Positions 36,601 through 47,580 of a stretch of DNA of 64,000 nt are shown one piece after another (position 1 is the first letter of the stretch; the number at the start of each line of letters is the position of its first letter). The notes under the pieces were generated by a model. The model was not told where the DNA came from. It did no database searches and saw only the letters and a list, made by a program, of their open reading frames with translations. This DNA comes from Botryllus schlosseri (lineage: Eukaryota): assembly GCA_051294905.1 (NCBI GenBank), contig CM119383.1, positions 9,672,001 to 9,736,000 on the forward strand. Reading direction: 5' to 3'. Position numbers and translations under genes: made by a program.

Positions 36601-39600
36601 TGATTTGACATATGAATAGAATAATCTTGAATTAACCAACGGGGGTTTATCCGCACAAGGTACAGTTTAATTGAACAGGGCTAATCAACAAATATAACAT
36701 TCACGAGTCCACATCACCTAAATCGCACTGTTAACAACCCGAGCCACCTTCGATCAATATTAATCGCCGAGTTCCCGGCCACAACCAGAACGGACAAGGC
36801 ACGAATTTTGACATAGGAGCCAGATAAACCAGAGGTTCTTTGATGACATAATCGTTACCAAAAATACCATCAACATAATCGACAATTCGGCGTTACGTGG
36901 CAAGAAGGTAGCCCGCCGAAAAGCGCATGCGAATCTGCACTCGCGTTTACTACACAGACAATTTAAGTCGCAAAACGCTGTAAAGCAACGAAGTCTTCGA
37001 ATGGATTAAATATTTGTTCCTAATGCTATAAAACCGCAAGTCGCTCGGCGAGGCACAAACGCAGCAGGTCGTTTTTCGCAAGGCAAACAAAAGCGATAAA
37101 CCCGCGTAACGCGTGGCCGTTCCCGCATCACAAGCCCGACATCAGAGTCGCAAATACGCTGACCGTAGCAGTACTCTTCCACTGACAGTGTGCAATCAAT
37201 AAGTGTCGTCGCAGATTAGCGTCAATGAACGAGACTAGCTTACGCGATGTACGCGGACTTCATCGAAATCCAAAGTTATCCTCAGCACATAACGTTAACC
37301 GGAGCGGGTCATTTTTCACGCTTAGCGCCGACTGACGGCGGAATTAACACCGCGACAAGCGTTCGTTTCTAGTAACATGCATTTCCTGACTGAAATTATG
37401 ACGAATCCCGGCTGCGTGTTTGTCTGGTCGGATTTTACGGTAGCGCAATCGGAAGGAATATCTTGCATCGCAAGACTACATTAACTCTATAATCAAATCA
37501 ACCTAAGCTCCACACTACGCTTAGTCTACTCTACGAGCCTCTCTGTAGTACTTACTCACGTGGACATGACTCTTAACTATTCCAACTTCTACCTAACAGA
37601 CTAGGCCTATAATACTCGCGTTTTACCAACTCGGAAATCACTGCTTTCAACTTGTGCTAAGTAGAAATTTACTTCTACTTCTACTAAAGTGACTCTGACT
37701 CTGCTCTGTAGTAGGCAACTCGCGGTTAAGCTGTCATACATCAACTTTAATAAGATATCGATGTCAGCGATACACTTATCTTACCAATGTCACCTATCCG
37801 TACATCACTAGGAAAGAAAACGCATTATAAACACCTCGAATTGTACTCGCGATACTGGTGATCAATCTACTTCGACAGAATTCAGATACACAACGCCATC
37901 CGCGGAACGCTTTGCGGATCACACTGACTGCACAGTGCGCACACTACGACAAAACCAGAGGCTCGTTACGGATAATAAATCAGTCAGCCCGGTTATTCAC
38001 GCTATGCAGACCTGTCTCCGGCTGTCATAACGGACCGCAACATCTCGACTAAGCTACCAACAATGCGAAACGATCAACATCTGGCGAGAGGAAGTGACAA
38101 CACCGACGAGTGTTACGTCAGAATGGACTAACATCCGGGACGACTGCACCTCGCCCGTCGCACTGTATGCGAGAACCATTTCGCGTTGGTCGACATGAAA
38201 TCTGCGAAACTTAACTTTTGCAACAGCGCGAACGCGCTCAAAGAAACGAAAACACTGACAAACGCTGCATCACTAACACGTTACGATGTTTGCAATACCG
38301 TTAACGACTCTGCGCAGTGCATTCCGCAGCACAAACAAACAGGCGGTGAATCGGATATGACTATCGAAAGTCATTACAGAAGGTAGAGCGAGTGTTAAAG
38401 TCCGAGGCAACTCACACTTACAGACAGACGGTGACTACCTGTCCGTTAAGGTTGACTTATCAGTGTGGAAGAGGCGTTTGCACCGCAGAAATCCGTACGA
38501 TTGAATGCGTTCGATTTCGGAGCGAAATGTTTCTAGAGTTCCCGCTCTTTTTGCGAGTTGATCATGAACGGCACGGTCACGTGACTTAACCGAAGTCGGA
38601 AACTGCGGATATTATTCAGCGCATTCAGTAGATTATCAGTTGCAGTTGTATGAATCACGGTCAAAGTATATTCACGGTTGATACCAAAGTAGAATTGAAA
38701 TTTCTACCAGTACAAGGCGGGGCGATACGCGAAAACATCACTAACAGACATGCGTGATAGGCCGAGAGAAAAAAGCCATTCGTTTTATGCTGAACGCTCC
38801 AAACTAGCGTGTGGATCTGCGCTGAAGTTTCAGGAAATTCCGAGAACAACACGTTGTATACAAACCATCATAAAATACAACACGGACTGCGTGTACCGCC
38901 TGCGTAACCAATCCGCCCGTGTTGCACCACGAGTATTTTCATTATCCATATCACGCGCGCGCACAAGCGAAGAGTCACGTGATTACTCACATTACACGCA
39001 CGTCGCACATGCAACTGTCGATATCGGAATTTTCAGCCAATACACCGACATTCAAAAGATGTGACATCTAGCTTAGCGTGCATTTCCAAAACTTTAGAGC
39101 ATTTATTTGAACAGATTCACGGCCAGTGCTATTCTTGTGCGTTGTATAGCGACCGAGACGTATGACACCGCAATTGCAACAAGTACATAATAAGTAATAA
39201 ACAACCGATCCACACGGGGCGCCATAGTGCAGACTTCTTTTTAGGTTTTCGACAATAAACTTCCAGTTCTTGCATTTTCACGGGACATTAAAAGAAATAC
39301 GCGTCACTACAGGACAGAGAATTCGGTTTGGATGAAGGATTTCAAATCGGAGTCGACAGTCAAATCCGGAACCGAATTATCACGCTACGAGTGCAGCGCG
39401 GAAAAAAATCGGAAATTCGGCGCGGAACACAACGCGACACGAAAACCAAGTACACAAGCAAACTCACCTCGTAGAATTCACCGGACTGCACCGCCCTGAT
39501 CGCGCTGATCCATTCGTCCATCTCGCGACGCGACTCGGCGCACAATATCAAACTTTCGAAAGGAGTGATGATCTGGGAAAAGCGCGCGAAATTTGAAATT

Positions 39601-42600
39601 TCGTAAACAGTTGTTCGACAAGTACGATACCAATTCTGAAGCAAGCTAATGTTTACACCTAATATCAGAGGTACTCAAGTAAAAAAGGAGTACCAATTTC
39701 CAAATAATGCAAAAACTAATTCAATTGAATCACTGACACTACAGGTAGATGTATTTTTCGAAAATAAATTCAGCCACCAGGACACGGGGGCTATTTCCAA
39801 CAAAGCGGATGAAAACATAGTTTAAAACTACCTTCAACTTTGGGCGGAGATCATAAAGTTGGATTGTCGATAAAGTCGATTATGGTGTGTATCAGGCTTT
39901 AACAACCCAGGATTACGGAAACCGGTTGATCGCAGCGTATAAAGTTAGTTTTAATCTCATGAATTAACAAATCGTAATAGCTATCTATAAAAACTGCGTA
40001 GCCTGCGTATAACATTCCTACGCGCAAACATTCCCGATAATGACCGTGACGATTGTTTCCTGGGTATCGGCTTCACTAAATAATGAGACAATCAACGAAC
40101 TATATGTACCCACCATTGCAGAGCGATATATCTATCAATATTCTATAACCCGTTTCTTCGCGGTACATTACTGATTACGCACGACTTCTATCTCGCGATG
40201 ATGATAATTAGGGCAAGTTTTTGCAGCTTTTGCAGCTTCCTAAATACTCATAAGTTATGCAGTATGGTGTTTTAATCTGTTCGAAGGAATCTTATACCGC
40301 AAGTTTTTGCAAATTTTCTCCGTTTTATTTTTCATGCAACTTTCTGGAATTTTGATTTGACGTACATTCATCCTAGACCGCCGAAAATTATATTTTAATT
40401 GGATCAATTTTTTCAGGCTATATTTGATTTTGTTTAAGTCGCCAACATTGAGTTTTGCTGCAGTGCCTTGGATACGGAACGATTCGAGTATCTCATACCC
40501 TCATAATTTCAAGGAACTTTGTAGTGTAAGTGTAACGTTTGTGAAAAATAAATGCAATTTTTACTGAACTTTTGTGAAAAATAAGTGCAACTTTCCACGG
40601 ATTAGACTGCAACAAAAACTTGCCCTAGCGATAATTCTACGTATTATAGTCGCAGCATCTTTATCAGCAGCCTGCAGTTTCATTCAACAGATTGACAACT
40701 GACAGCCAAAACCGCGTTTTCGCAGTATGACGCAATCGACAACACCACGTAATTGAAAACTCGGGACACCTCCGAGTAATCATCGCACGTAACCTTTTCC
40801 AACTTCATGCGTCGCGATTAGCAGTTTATAATCACACGATTAGCATTCTTCCGGACCAGCTAACTTTATCATCTCCGCCTAAAATGCGTTCCAATTAGCA
40901 GTTATTAATCACGTGAATTAGCATTCTCCCGGATCAGCTATCTTTATGATTTACGCCCTATAACTAAGAGTAATTATTTTGCCTTGACATTGTTCGATTT
41001 GGAACTACAGTAGCTTAAAAGCATAACCATTAGAGTAAATAGTGTAACTAAAAAGTAGAAGTACTTCCTGGAAGTATATAACCTCTGTCTACTATACGCC
41101 AAGTCAGTGGCCGCGCAATTACGCAGCAACCAACTCTCGCAGCAGCTACACAGCAAATATGACGTCACATATCGACAATTAACAACCGGAAGCGTCTGTC
41201 TTCTCCCTATAGGCCGCGCAATAGATAGCTCTGCTGTATGTAACGATGTTCTAAGACTTTGTGCGAGTTACGCGCCCGAGAGGGTAGTAGTAATTTTGGC
41301 TGCCTATCGAGAACCCAATCGAGACATTTAAATATGAAGTACATCCACTCATATCTTTATTACCCTTGCATTCTGTGAAGTATACAAATCATAATGTCGA
41401 CACAACATAGAAAACACCCAAGAGCTATCGTAGAAGTGATCAATGTAGTCATTGTTAGTGCTCAAGCAGAAGCCGAAATAACGTCGCAAATTTCTACTGG
41501 AGTACAAGTAGCTGTAGAGATTTATAATAATGCAAAACAATTAGGTGTTCCTATAGTTTTGCTTAAAATACTGAAAACTGTGAAGAATCAAGTAGTAATT
41601 GAGAAATTCGTTACTGACTGCCTCTTCCTATATGTAAATTCGTACAGAATAGCCTGAGTCGGATTTTAGCAAGATTCCATCGCAGTCATCAACACCAGCC
41701 TAACCTTTACCCTGCAGACTGCAAAGGAAAAAGAATCTACGTCAACAAACGCTGTCTCGACCAGACCTCTGCGCAAGCGCAACAGCCGTACATTGTACAC
41801 ATCCCAAATCCACCAAAAGCCCGAATCTACGCTTCGGCTTACCGAAAAGCTGCAGTTCACATTCTTGGTGCTTCTTTCCGCCACGCTGCATTCTGTCAGC
41901 GTCACTTCTTCGAATATGTCCGCCTGAAACACAGCGTCACCGCGATCAATCAAAGTGCGGCGCGCAAAGAGCCAAACGCAGGCCTATACTGCCGACGTAC
42001 GTCTTTCGTCTTGGCGTAGAACAGTCTCCGGGGCCGCAGCTTGAAGTAATGTTGCCGCCATTTCTGAAAGGCACGCGGAGTTTACACACGGCGATAGCGG
42101 TCTCGCGATGGACATGTGTATTTTATATTCGGGGACAGACACCATTTCCCACGACATAGCAGCGTAGATAACGGAAATTCCAGAGCCTTTCTAGGGTACG
42201 AAATACACGTTCAAATTCGCGTCGAGAGCAGAAAACATATAGGCCAGAACCGGAGGCTTGAATTATTATCGCGTATTCCGCTGTGATGTTGGTGATTTGC
42301 GCGTTTATTTGCATATTGCAGCGTCTACGCACCAAAAAATTTCAACGTTTTCCAAATTAGATTAGAATTAGAATTAGTGAATTCGCAAAAACTTGGAAAT
42401 TGAATAAAATCACTATATACATACAGTGTTCCCGTAGCATTTCCAGGAAAAACGAAATTAAATTAGAATTAAAATTAGAGCATAGAAAAACTTGACAGGT
42501 GAGATTCGAATTAGACATTTCGCTCTAATTAAATAATTAAACGGTTATCCAAGTCTGATTCGCGCCATACGGAGCGCTTGTGAAATTACCACACTATACT

Positions 42601-44471
42601 GAAAGAGGACTTGGCATGTATGCGGACATCTAAACGGAAGATTATTAAAAAATATATATTGAGCGAAAATTATTGAAACATCAAGACGTGCGTCCCGCTG
42701 ATGCATTCTAATGACACTGAAAACGCTGCTTATAGGTAACAGGTGAAATACGCGTGTGGGAATGAACGGGACATATTTGTAGATCGGCAAAGATACCGAC
42801 ACAGGCTACACTATAATACCTGCAGCATCGGACAGCACCGCATAACGGCCATTAGGTTGTTACGGCACATTACCATAGAAAAGATATAAGACCAGCAATT
42901 ATTCTAGTAGACATGGTATTCCGCTGTTTTACACTTAATGATGGGAATACACCCTCTATTCCCCGCGAGATATGGAGACAGAGGTAAGAAGGGAACCCAA
43001 AAATCCATTCTCAAACGCTCGTTATCGTGTCCCGAGCTCCGCATAAATCTTAACATTAACGTATTTCAACAGTCGTAAGAAAATTTACGTGGCAGAGAAC
43101 GATTGAGCATTACAACTTCCACAATTCAAAGGATTAGACCGCCGAGTTTGGTTTTAGCTAACGCCGTATTAGACAATGGCGCCGTCGACAAACATACATT
43201 TCTTCAGCCCCATCGACTATTCATTCTGTCGGAAAATGCCGGAAAACACCGATTTCTGATACAAAATTTTGATATCTCAATTCCAATGAGCGAAAACGAG
43301 TGAAATGCATGCTTATGGCGACATATACCAGGTGCGGAGTGGGTTCTGTCTTAGCGTACCACTCCAGGAAAGCGCTAAATGGAAGAGATAGCGTAGTGGT
43401 ATAATCCACAGCTGCGACACCAACGGGTTTCGGGTTCTAGTCCGACCGAGGTCGACTCCGGAATTCCTAACCAAAAGTGTTGGAGGTTTATCTAGGCTCT
43501 TCCTCGCCATCTAATCCGTGCAAGTGCAACCGGTGTTTTATAAAAGCCAAGAAGTGGGCCGTGCTACAAGTCGGCAGCTACGGAATAAAAATGAAGAAAA
43601 TTGGCCCGGTGTAAATGACCATAGTCGTCGACAAACACAATGAATATCTCAAAACAAACAAACCAACATAAATGGAACCCGCAACGCCCCTGGTATATAT
43701 CTATCCATAATAACTCGGTTCCACGCATTAAAATAGGCGTAAAAGCAAAACTTCGCATATTATACACGTTCTCCGACCATGTATATACAGTGCAATTCAG
43801 TTTCAGTTCCAGCTCAATTCCATTACAAGAAAAGTGGCGTAAAAGCATGATAAACACGGCAAATACAAATAAATTTCAACAATTGAACATGCAGCAATTC
43901 AACCGCAATCATAACCCTAAACAACACCCAATCACGGCAGCCGGGGTCTCACTATTTCGCCCGGCGGAAAGTTCAACGTCAATATAGCAACATAGCAAGT
44001 AGGACTGAGCACAATGATTCGAGTCGGCTGGTGTGATACAATTTTTTAAGTACAAAAATTTCAACTTAAATTTGAAATTTAAAAGTGCAACATTACTACC
44101 AACGAGAATGCTAGTTTCTAAGCCTTCTTCCCGACGCGGAAGTTTTGAAACCTCAATGAAAAACATATAGTACAAAACTACGCGCGCTGGTATAAATTAC
44201 ATTTCTTGGAAGTCGCGATCGACTCCGCGACATTGCCGAAAAGTACAATGCAATAGCTACGGTCGAAAATGTACCAAATTATCTTTACGCGGTGTGGAAC
44301 TAGCATTATTTTCATTGCAATAACTAATCAATACATGCGGAAGATAGCATGCAAAAATCGAACCGACATATCACCACAATCGTGAATTAGACTCACCTGA
44401 AACGAAGAGGAGACAAGCAGCAGCAGATATCCTTCTTTCACGCTGACCTGTGCAACAGCGGGATTCTCCAT
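18590..44471 (-). CDS. DGKD/DGKH: Type II diacylglycerol kinase (delta/eta-like), 27 coding exons, ~1192 aa: PH, C1a, C1b, DAGKc, DAGKa, SAM
   Basis: Manually spliced exons give one open frame of 3579 nt. Recognised motifs: KEGYL..SSFQKW..YFKL (PH), [17 protein letters not shown] and [21 protein letters not shown] (C1), [37 protein letters not shown] (DAGKc), [18 protein letters not shown] and [15 protein letters not shown] (DAGKa), [16 protein letters not shown] (SAM). All introns are GT-AG with matching phases. Confidence 0.97.
19179..19309 (-). CDS. DGKD/DGKH: DGK exon 26, SAM domain
   Basis: [43 protein letters not shown]. Confidence 0.96.
19652..19760 (-). CDS. DGKD/DGKH: DGK exon 25
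   Basis: [36 protein letters not shown]; bridges phase 0 to phase 1. Confidence 0.82.
19819..19938 (-). CDS. DGKD/DGKH: DGK exon 24
   Basis: [29 protein letters not shown]...PVEE. Confidence 0.88.
20411..20612 (-). CDS. DGKD/DGKH: DGK exon 23
   Basis: IKSATEES...[21 protein letters not shown]; phase 2/0. Confidence 0.85.
20879..21015 (-). CDS. DGKD/DGKH: DGK exon 22
   Basis: [13 protein letters not shown]...[11 protein letters not shown]; phase 0/2. Confidence 0.92.
21122..21335. repeat. Dispersed repeat family with TACTTCTACT/TACTTGAGTA motifs (also ~19480, ~26440, ~29570, ~37540-37700, ~39670)
   Basis: Recurrent motif clusters; this copy starts CAGGGACGGTCAA; boundaries not resolved. 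Confidence 0.5.
21674..21780 (-). CDS. DGKD/DGKH: DGK exon 21, end of DAGKa
   Basis: [35 protein letters not shown]. Confidence 0.97.
21887..22239 (-). CDS. DGKD/DGKH: DGK exon 20, DAGKa
   Basis: RTKNMVWYG...[20 protein letters not shown]...[14 protein letters not shown]. Confidence 0.97.
23374..23490 (-). CDS. DGKD/DGKH: DGK exon 19, start of DAGKa
   Basis: [32 protein letters not shown]. Confidence 0.97.
23554..23662 (-). CDS. DGKD/DGKH: DGK exon 18
   Basis: [35 protein letters not shown]; phase 1/2. Confidence 0.9.
24747..24829 (-). CDS. DGKD/DGKH: DGK exon 17
   Basis: [27 protein letters not shown]; follows a 62-nt intron; phase 2/1. Confidence 0.82.
24892..25072 (-). CDS. DGKD/DGKH: DGK exon 16 (Ser/acidic linker)
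   Basis: [14 protein letters not shown]...NTLDTV; phase 1/2. Confidence 0.85.
25135..25310 (+). repeat. Fragment shared with 44860-45010 and (inverted) 47990-48070
   Basis: gctgatatacaatgttctt...ctgacgagtgtca.ccgaaaatat. Confidence 0.75.
25349..25424 (-). CDS. DGKD/DGKH: DGK exon 15
   Basis: [25 protein letters not shown], matching the type II LRANSLKKAVR motif. Confidence 0.92.
25510..25734 (-). CDS. DGKD/DGKH: DGK exon 14 (linker)
   Basis: Open frame [10 protein letters not shown]...SRDKTQ; TAGCAG acceptor, GTATGC donor. Confidence 0.85.
25890..25990. repeat. Fragment of the GACTCGAGTC-array family (cf. 8966-9917)
   Basis: gactcgacttgactcgagtca...atgactcgagtca. Confidence 0.6.
26620..26812 (-). 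CDS. DGKD/DGKH: DGK exon 13
   Basis: VLCQTVKD...[15 protein letters not shown]; phase 2/0. Confidence 0.88.
27871..27962 (-). CDS. DGKD/DGKH: DGK exon 12
   Basis: [30 protein letters not shown]; donor GTAAGT. Confidence 0.9.
29159..29353 (-). CDS. DGKD/DGKH: DGK exon 11, DAGKc
   Basis: [21 protein letters not shown]...[10 protein letters not shown]. Confidence 0.97.
29698..30303. mobile_element. Charlie-type hAT MITE, 606 bp
   Basis: CAGTGGTTCCCGACC ... GGGATTGGGAATCAATG, ggagccgca subterminal motifs, flanks aacatgac/ctcatgac. Confidence 0.7.
30651..30759 (-). CDS. DGKD/DGKH: DGK exon 10, ATP-binding GGDG motif
   Basis: [36 protein letters not shown]. Confidence 0.97.
31959..32115 (-). 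CDS. DGKD/DGKH: DGK exon 9, start of DAGKc
   Basis: [51 protein letters not shown]. Confidence 0.96.
33650..33752 (-). CDS. DGKD/DGKH: DGK exon 8, end of C1b
   Basis: [34 protein letters not shown]; phase 0/1. Confidence 0.94.
33864..33989 (-). CDS. DGKD/DGKH: DGK exon 7, C1b
   Basis: [42 protein letters not shown]. Confidence 0.96.
35131..35237 (-). CDS. DGKD/DGKH: DGK exon 6, C1a C-terminal half
   Basis: [35 protein letters not shown]; phase 1/0. Confidence 0.95.
36132..36264 (-). CDS. DGKD/DGKH: DGK exon 5, C1a N-terminal half
   Basis: [44 protein letters not shown]; donor GTATGT. Confidence 0.95.
39468..39572 (-). CDS. DGKD/DGKH: DGK exon 4 ([35 protein letters not shown]), PH C-terminal helix
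   Basis: ttcccag/GTGAGT, phase 0/0. Confidence 0.94.
40209..40627. mobile_element. hAT-type MITE, 419 bp
   Basis: 15-bp TIR TAGGGCAAGTTTTTG/CAAAAACTTGCCCTA, flanks atgataat/gcgataat. Confidence 0.85.
40817..40965. repeat. Diverged tandem duplication, period ~77 bp
   Basis: attagcagtt..taatcac..gattagcattct.ccgga.cagcta.cttta at 40817 and 40894. Confidence 0.75.
41843..41923 (-). CDS. DGKD/DGKH: DGK exon 3 ([27 protein letters not shown]), PH
   Basis: tttcag/GTAAGC, phase 0/0. Confidence 0.93.
42001..42063 (-). CDS. DGKD/DGKH: DGK exon 2 ([21 protein letters not shown]), PH
   Basis: tttcag acceptor, GTACGT donor, phase 0/0. Confidence 0.92.
42335..42557 (-). mobile_element. Internally deleted copy of the 59256-60581 element
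   Basis: Ends GTTATCCAAGTCTG (reverse of the left TIR); joins left-end sequence to the right subterminal ctaattctaatcta array. Confidence 0.75.
43385..43606 (+). mobile_element. tRNA-derived SINE family 1, near full-length copy
   Basis: A-box TAGCGTAGTGG, B-box GGTTCTAGTCC, A-rich 3' end (ggaataaaaatgaagaaaa). Confidence 0.85.
44397..44471 (-). CDS. DGKD/DGKH: DGK exon 1 ([25 protein letters not shown])
   Basis: ATG at 44471, donor GTGAGT, first PH strand. An internal CAG acceptor at 44448-44449 may also be used. Confidence 0.8.
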
Positions 44472-44637
44472 TAGCAAAACACCTCACACGCCAAACCGCG
44501 CTTGCAAGAACCAGCCTCTCTAGCAGAGGCGCACATTAAAACGCGAGCGGAAAAGCAATTGACACTCATTCACCAACAGAGAGAGGTCGGACTCCGACAC
44601 ATCCGGCGCTATCATTGTCGACGCGAGAATGTGTCAT

Positions 44638-44679
44638 ATTTATAGCCGCGCGTCGCGTTTATGAGCGCCGTCACGTGAC
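44638..44679 (-). promoter_or_regulatory. Candidate DGK proximal promoter: TATAAAT plus palindromic E-box GTCACGTGAC
   Basis: TATAAAT (minus) at 44638-44644 and GTCACGTGAC at 44670-44679, ~170-200 nt upstream of the ATG. Confidence 0.4.
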
Positions 44680-44828
44680 CAGGGCCGGCGCATCTTCGAC
44701 AAGCTAATAATCCGCGCCGAGAAATACCCCTGGGACTCGACGAACGGGTGGGATATACGGTTTACGCCGTGGGAAATGGAGAAGGGTTAGTAATTTACAA
44801 CCGTTACGTAAGTCGGCGGTCATCAGTA

Positions 44829-45110
44829 TAGGCTGGGCAGTGGGCACGTTAATTCGAGTATTGCTGATATACAATGTTCTTCCAATTCTCTACTAGTTGC
44901 TGACGATTGCCCCTGACGAGTGTCACCCGAAAATATTCGGCTTTATTTCAATGTGAAGATACAATTAAATTGCATATTGAAATTCTGCAACTCCAAGAAG
45001 CCGTTCAATTGAGTATCCATTGTAATGATTTCAGTCGAATAGTGGGATACGATATTTTGAGTGCTAAAGTTATGCGACGCCACTGAGAGCAATATTGCCA
45101 ACGAGAAGTT
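44829..45110 (+). mobile_element. Truncated TAGG(G)CTGGGC-family hAT MITE variant
   Basis: Left end taggctgggcag; shares internal sequence with 25135-25310. Confidence 0.6.
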
Positions 45111-46064
45111 TTTACACTTTTTACTACTGCGCAACCTAGATTAGTCGCGTCCAAGCAACGCGTGTCAGTGTAAACGACAGTTTTACGAGTTGGTGATCGG
45201 CCCACAGTTACAAAATAGGACAAAGGTCGTCTTACAATACCATTATCTCAAATGCGGTGCACACTGCAAACATGGCATTGTTTTTATTATCGTCGCTCGA
45301 TAGGTACATATTTGAAGCGTCCAAGTCATCCATATTTTGAACCATCCTACTTATCACCCGCGCGTTATTCGCGGAGAGTTTTGTCCTGCAACGCGTTTCG
45401 AGGCCGTCGACATCGTCGCTATTCGGCGATTTCGCTCAATTTACAGGAGGAAAAAGCCTACTATCACCGCAGAGCACAAGTCAAGTTCCCCCGCTACGAT
45501 AATACGCCGCCATCGCACAGTGTGAGAAAGCCAAGTTCTCAGAGCAGCTGCAGCAGTAGTTGAATCAATAAACCTGGAATTACCGTAATGAAGGGTCTCG
45601 CCGGGATTAGCGGCAAACTCTAATGACACGGGACGTGGTATAGCGGCGAGCGACAAGCGATAACTGGCCGGCGAGGGTATTTCCTTTTGCGTTCACTAGA
45701 TTTTTTTTGGCGTTCCGCAACCGACAAAGCAATCCTTTTCGGATTCGCGTAACGCGGCATCGACGTACACTATTGCAAATCCTGCTCAAAGTTCAAGTGC
45801 CAGTGCCAATTACGCCTTGTTATGGTGATGTCATTGCGGGAATAGGAATAGGACGTAGTATATTTTTGTCCTTGATGTTTTGAGGCATAAATACCGACTC
45901 GTGATATACATACAAACGATCTGTACATAATGCATATGCATAGACCGCTCGACATTGGACATTGTAAGGCTTTCCTAGTCGTGCACCACCCCTCCATGCT
46001 ATCCCGGTAATGCTGAGCGCCAAGCGGGGAGGCCACGGATACCAGTGTTACTAATCAGGTATCC

Positions 46065-46273
46065 GATTAGTATCACAATGATTCGAATACTCTAATCTGA
46101 TTCGAGAAATAATTTTAATGATTCGAGTCGAGTAGTAAAAGGCGATATTTTCGAGTGCTGAAATTATACACTCCTTGCCACTGAAGGTTAATTTATCAAC
46201 GAGAATTGTGATTATGATACTTATTTTTCATTAAGAGGCGAATCAGTCAGGTACTCGATGTTGCCCATCCCTA
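46065..46273 (-). mobile_element. Internally deleted copy of the 512-bp TAGGGCTGGG MITE
   Basis: Left end tagggatgggcaacatcgagtacctga fused to the right-end actcgaatc array. Confidence 0.75.
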
Positions 46274-46572
46274 GAATGACCCGCACAACAATCACAAAGC
46301 GCGGCGAAATTGTCATGATTCGGAAATATGGAAGTCTATCTTATACGGCGTGTGGCATTTCCTTGTGAAAATATACATATTGACACTTTTGCAAGGCATA
46401 ATTATTGTTATTACATCATAATTGAGGATACTGGAATTCTGGACTGTACTAGGAGTCGAATTACCCAGTACCGGTACGGGCGGTACTTGATTTAGTCCAG
46501 CCCTAACGATAATGTTTGTTTGTTTTGGGTATTCACGGTGTTTATCGACTGCTATGCTGGTCATTTACACCA

Positions 46573-46775
46573 GGCCAATTTTCTTCATTTTCTTTATTCC
46601 GTAGTTGCCGACTTGTAGTACGGCCCACTCCTAGGCTTTTATAAGACACCGCTTACACGGATGAGATGGCGAGGCGGATCCTATATAAACCTCCAACACT
46701 TAGGTAGGAATTCTGGAGTCGACCTCGGTCGGACCCATTGGTTTTTCAGCTGTGGATTATACCACTACGCTATCA
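46573..46775 (-). mobile_element. tRNA-derived SINE family 1, copy
   Basis: Reverse-complement match to the 43385 copy. Confidence 0.85.
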
Positions 46776-47224
46776 CGACATTTAACGATAATGCAGAAAC
46801 ACCTACACGTGGACACGACACACGACGATCTCGAAAAAACTCTTCGAATTTGGCTATTGACACCCAACGCTGGCTTTGTCAAATACGAAATTAGTTTGCG
46901 ATCAAGTATTGCGTAGCGCAAATTATTTTTCAATGGCACGAAAAGGTACGATTTAGCAATGCTACCCCTATACTATACAGTATGACGCCACAATGACAGG
47001 TACCAGCGCGATCGAAACGATCAGTTACTGAAGCCTACGAAACATTAGGCACACGATAAGTAATGCGTTCACTAAACCCAAGTCCAAACAAAGAGATCGA
47101 GAAAAACACTATCGAATACCTTTAAGTCACATATTTTCCACGCAAATTTCAATCGCGTGCCAGCACACATTCATCATTCTGTAAACAACCGCGGCCCGCG
47201 TCCAAACACAAAACCCCCACATAC

Positions 47225-47580
47225 CTCGCCAGACTCCATACCAAGTCGACGACTGTTATTCCCGGCACCCCGGCGAAATATTCCGTTCAGAAACACCACG
47301 CTTGACTTTCACAGCGATCGGTTACGAACCGACGAAATGGCTAAATATCTAGTTCTGGACTCGAGCATGTTCCGGTCCGCGTACCGTGAATGGTTTTCGG
47401 CCGAGAAGGGCAAATTCGTGGAGGAAAAACCGGCATTGTGCGGGACAAAAAAGCCACCAGCCGCCGCTAGCGCGAGACAATGGCCCCCTTCGCCGAACAA
47501 TGGACGATCATAACCTATTCGGCCGAGATCGTGACGTAAGCCGGATGACGTACGTCAGTCACGGGCGGCCCGTGTAAATT
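47225..47580 (-). promoter_or_regulatory. CpG-rich promoter-like island with candidate alternative DGK first exon (MESGE)
   Basis: TGACGTACGTCA palindrome at 47546-47557, TGACGTAA nearby; ATG 47239 plus GTATGT donor in phase 0. Confidence 0.4.
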
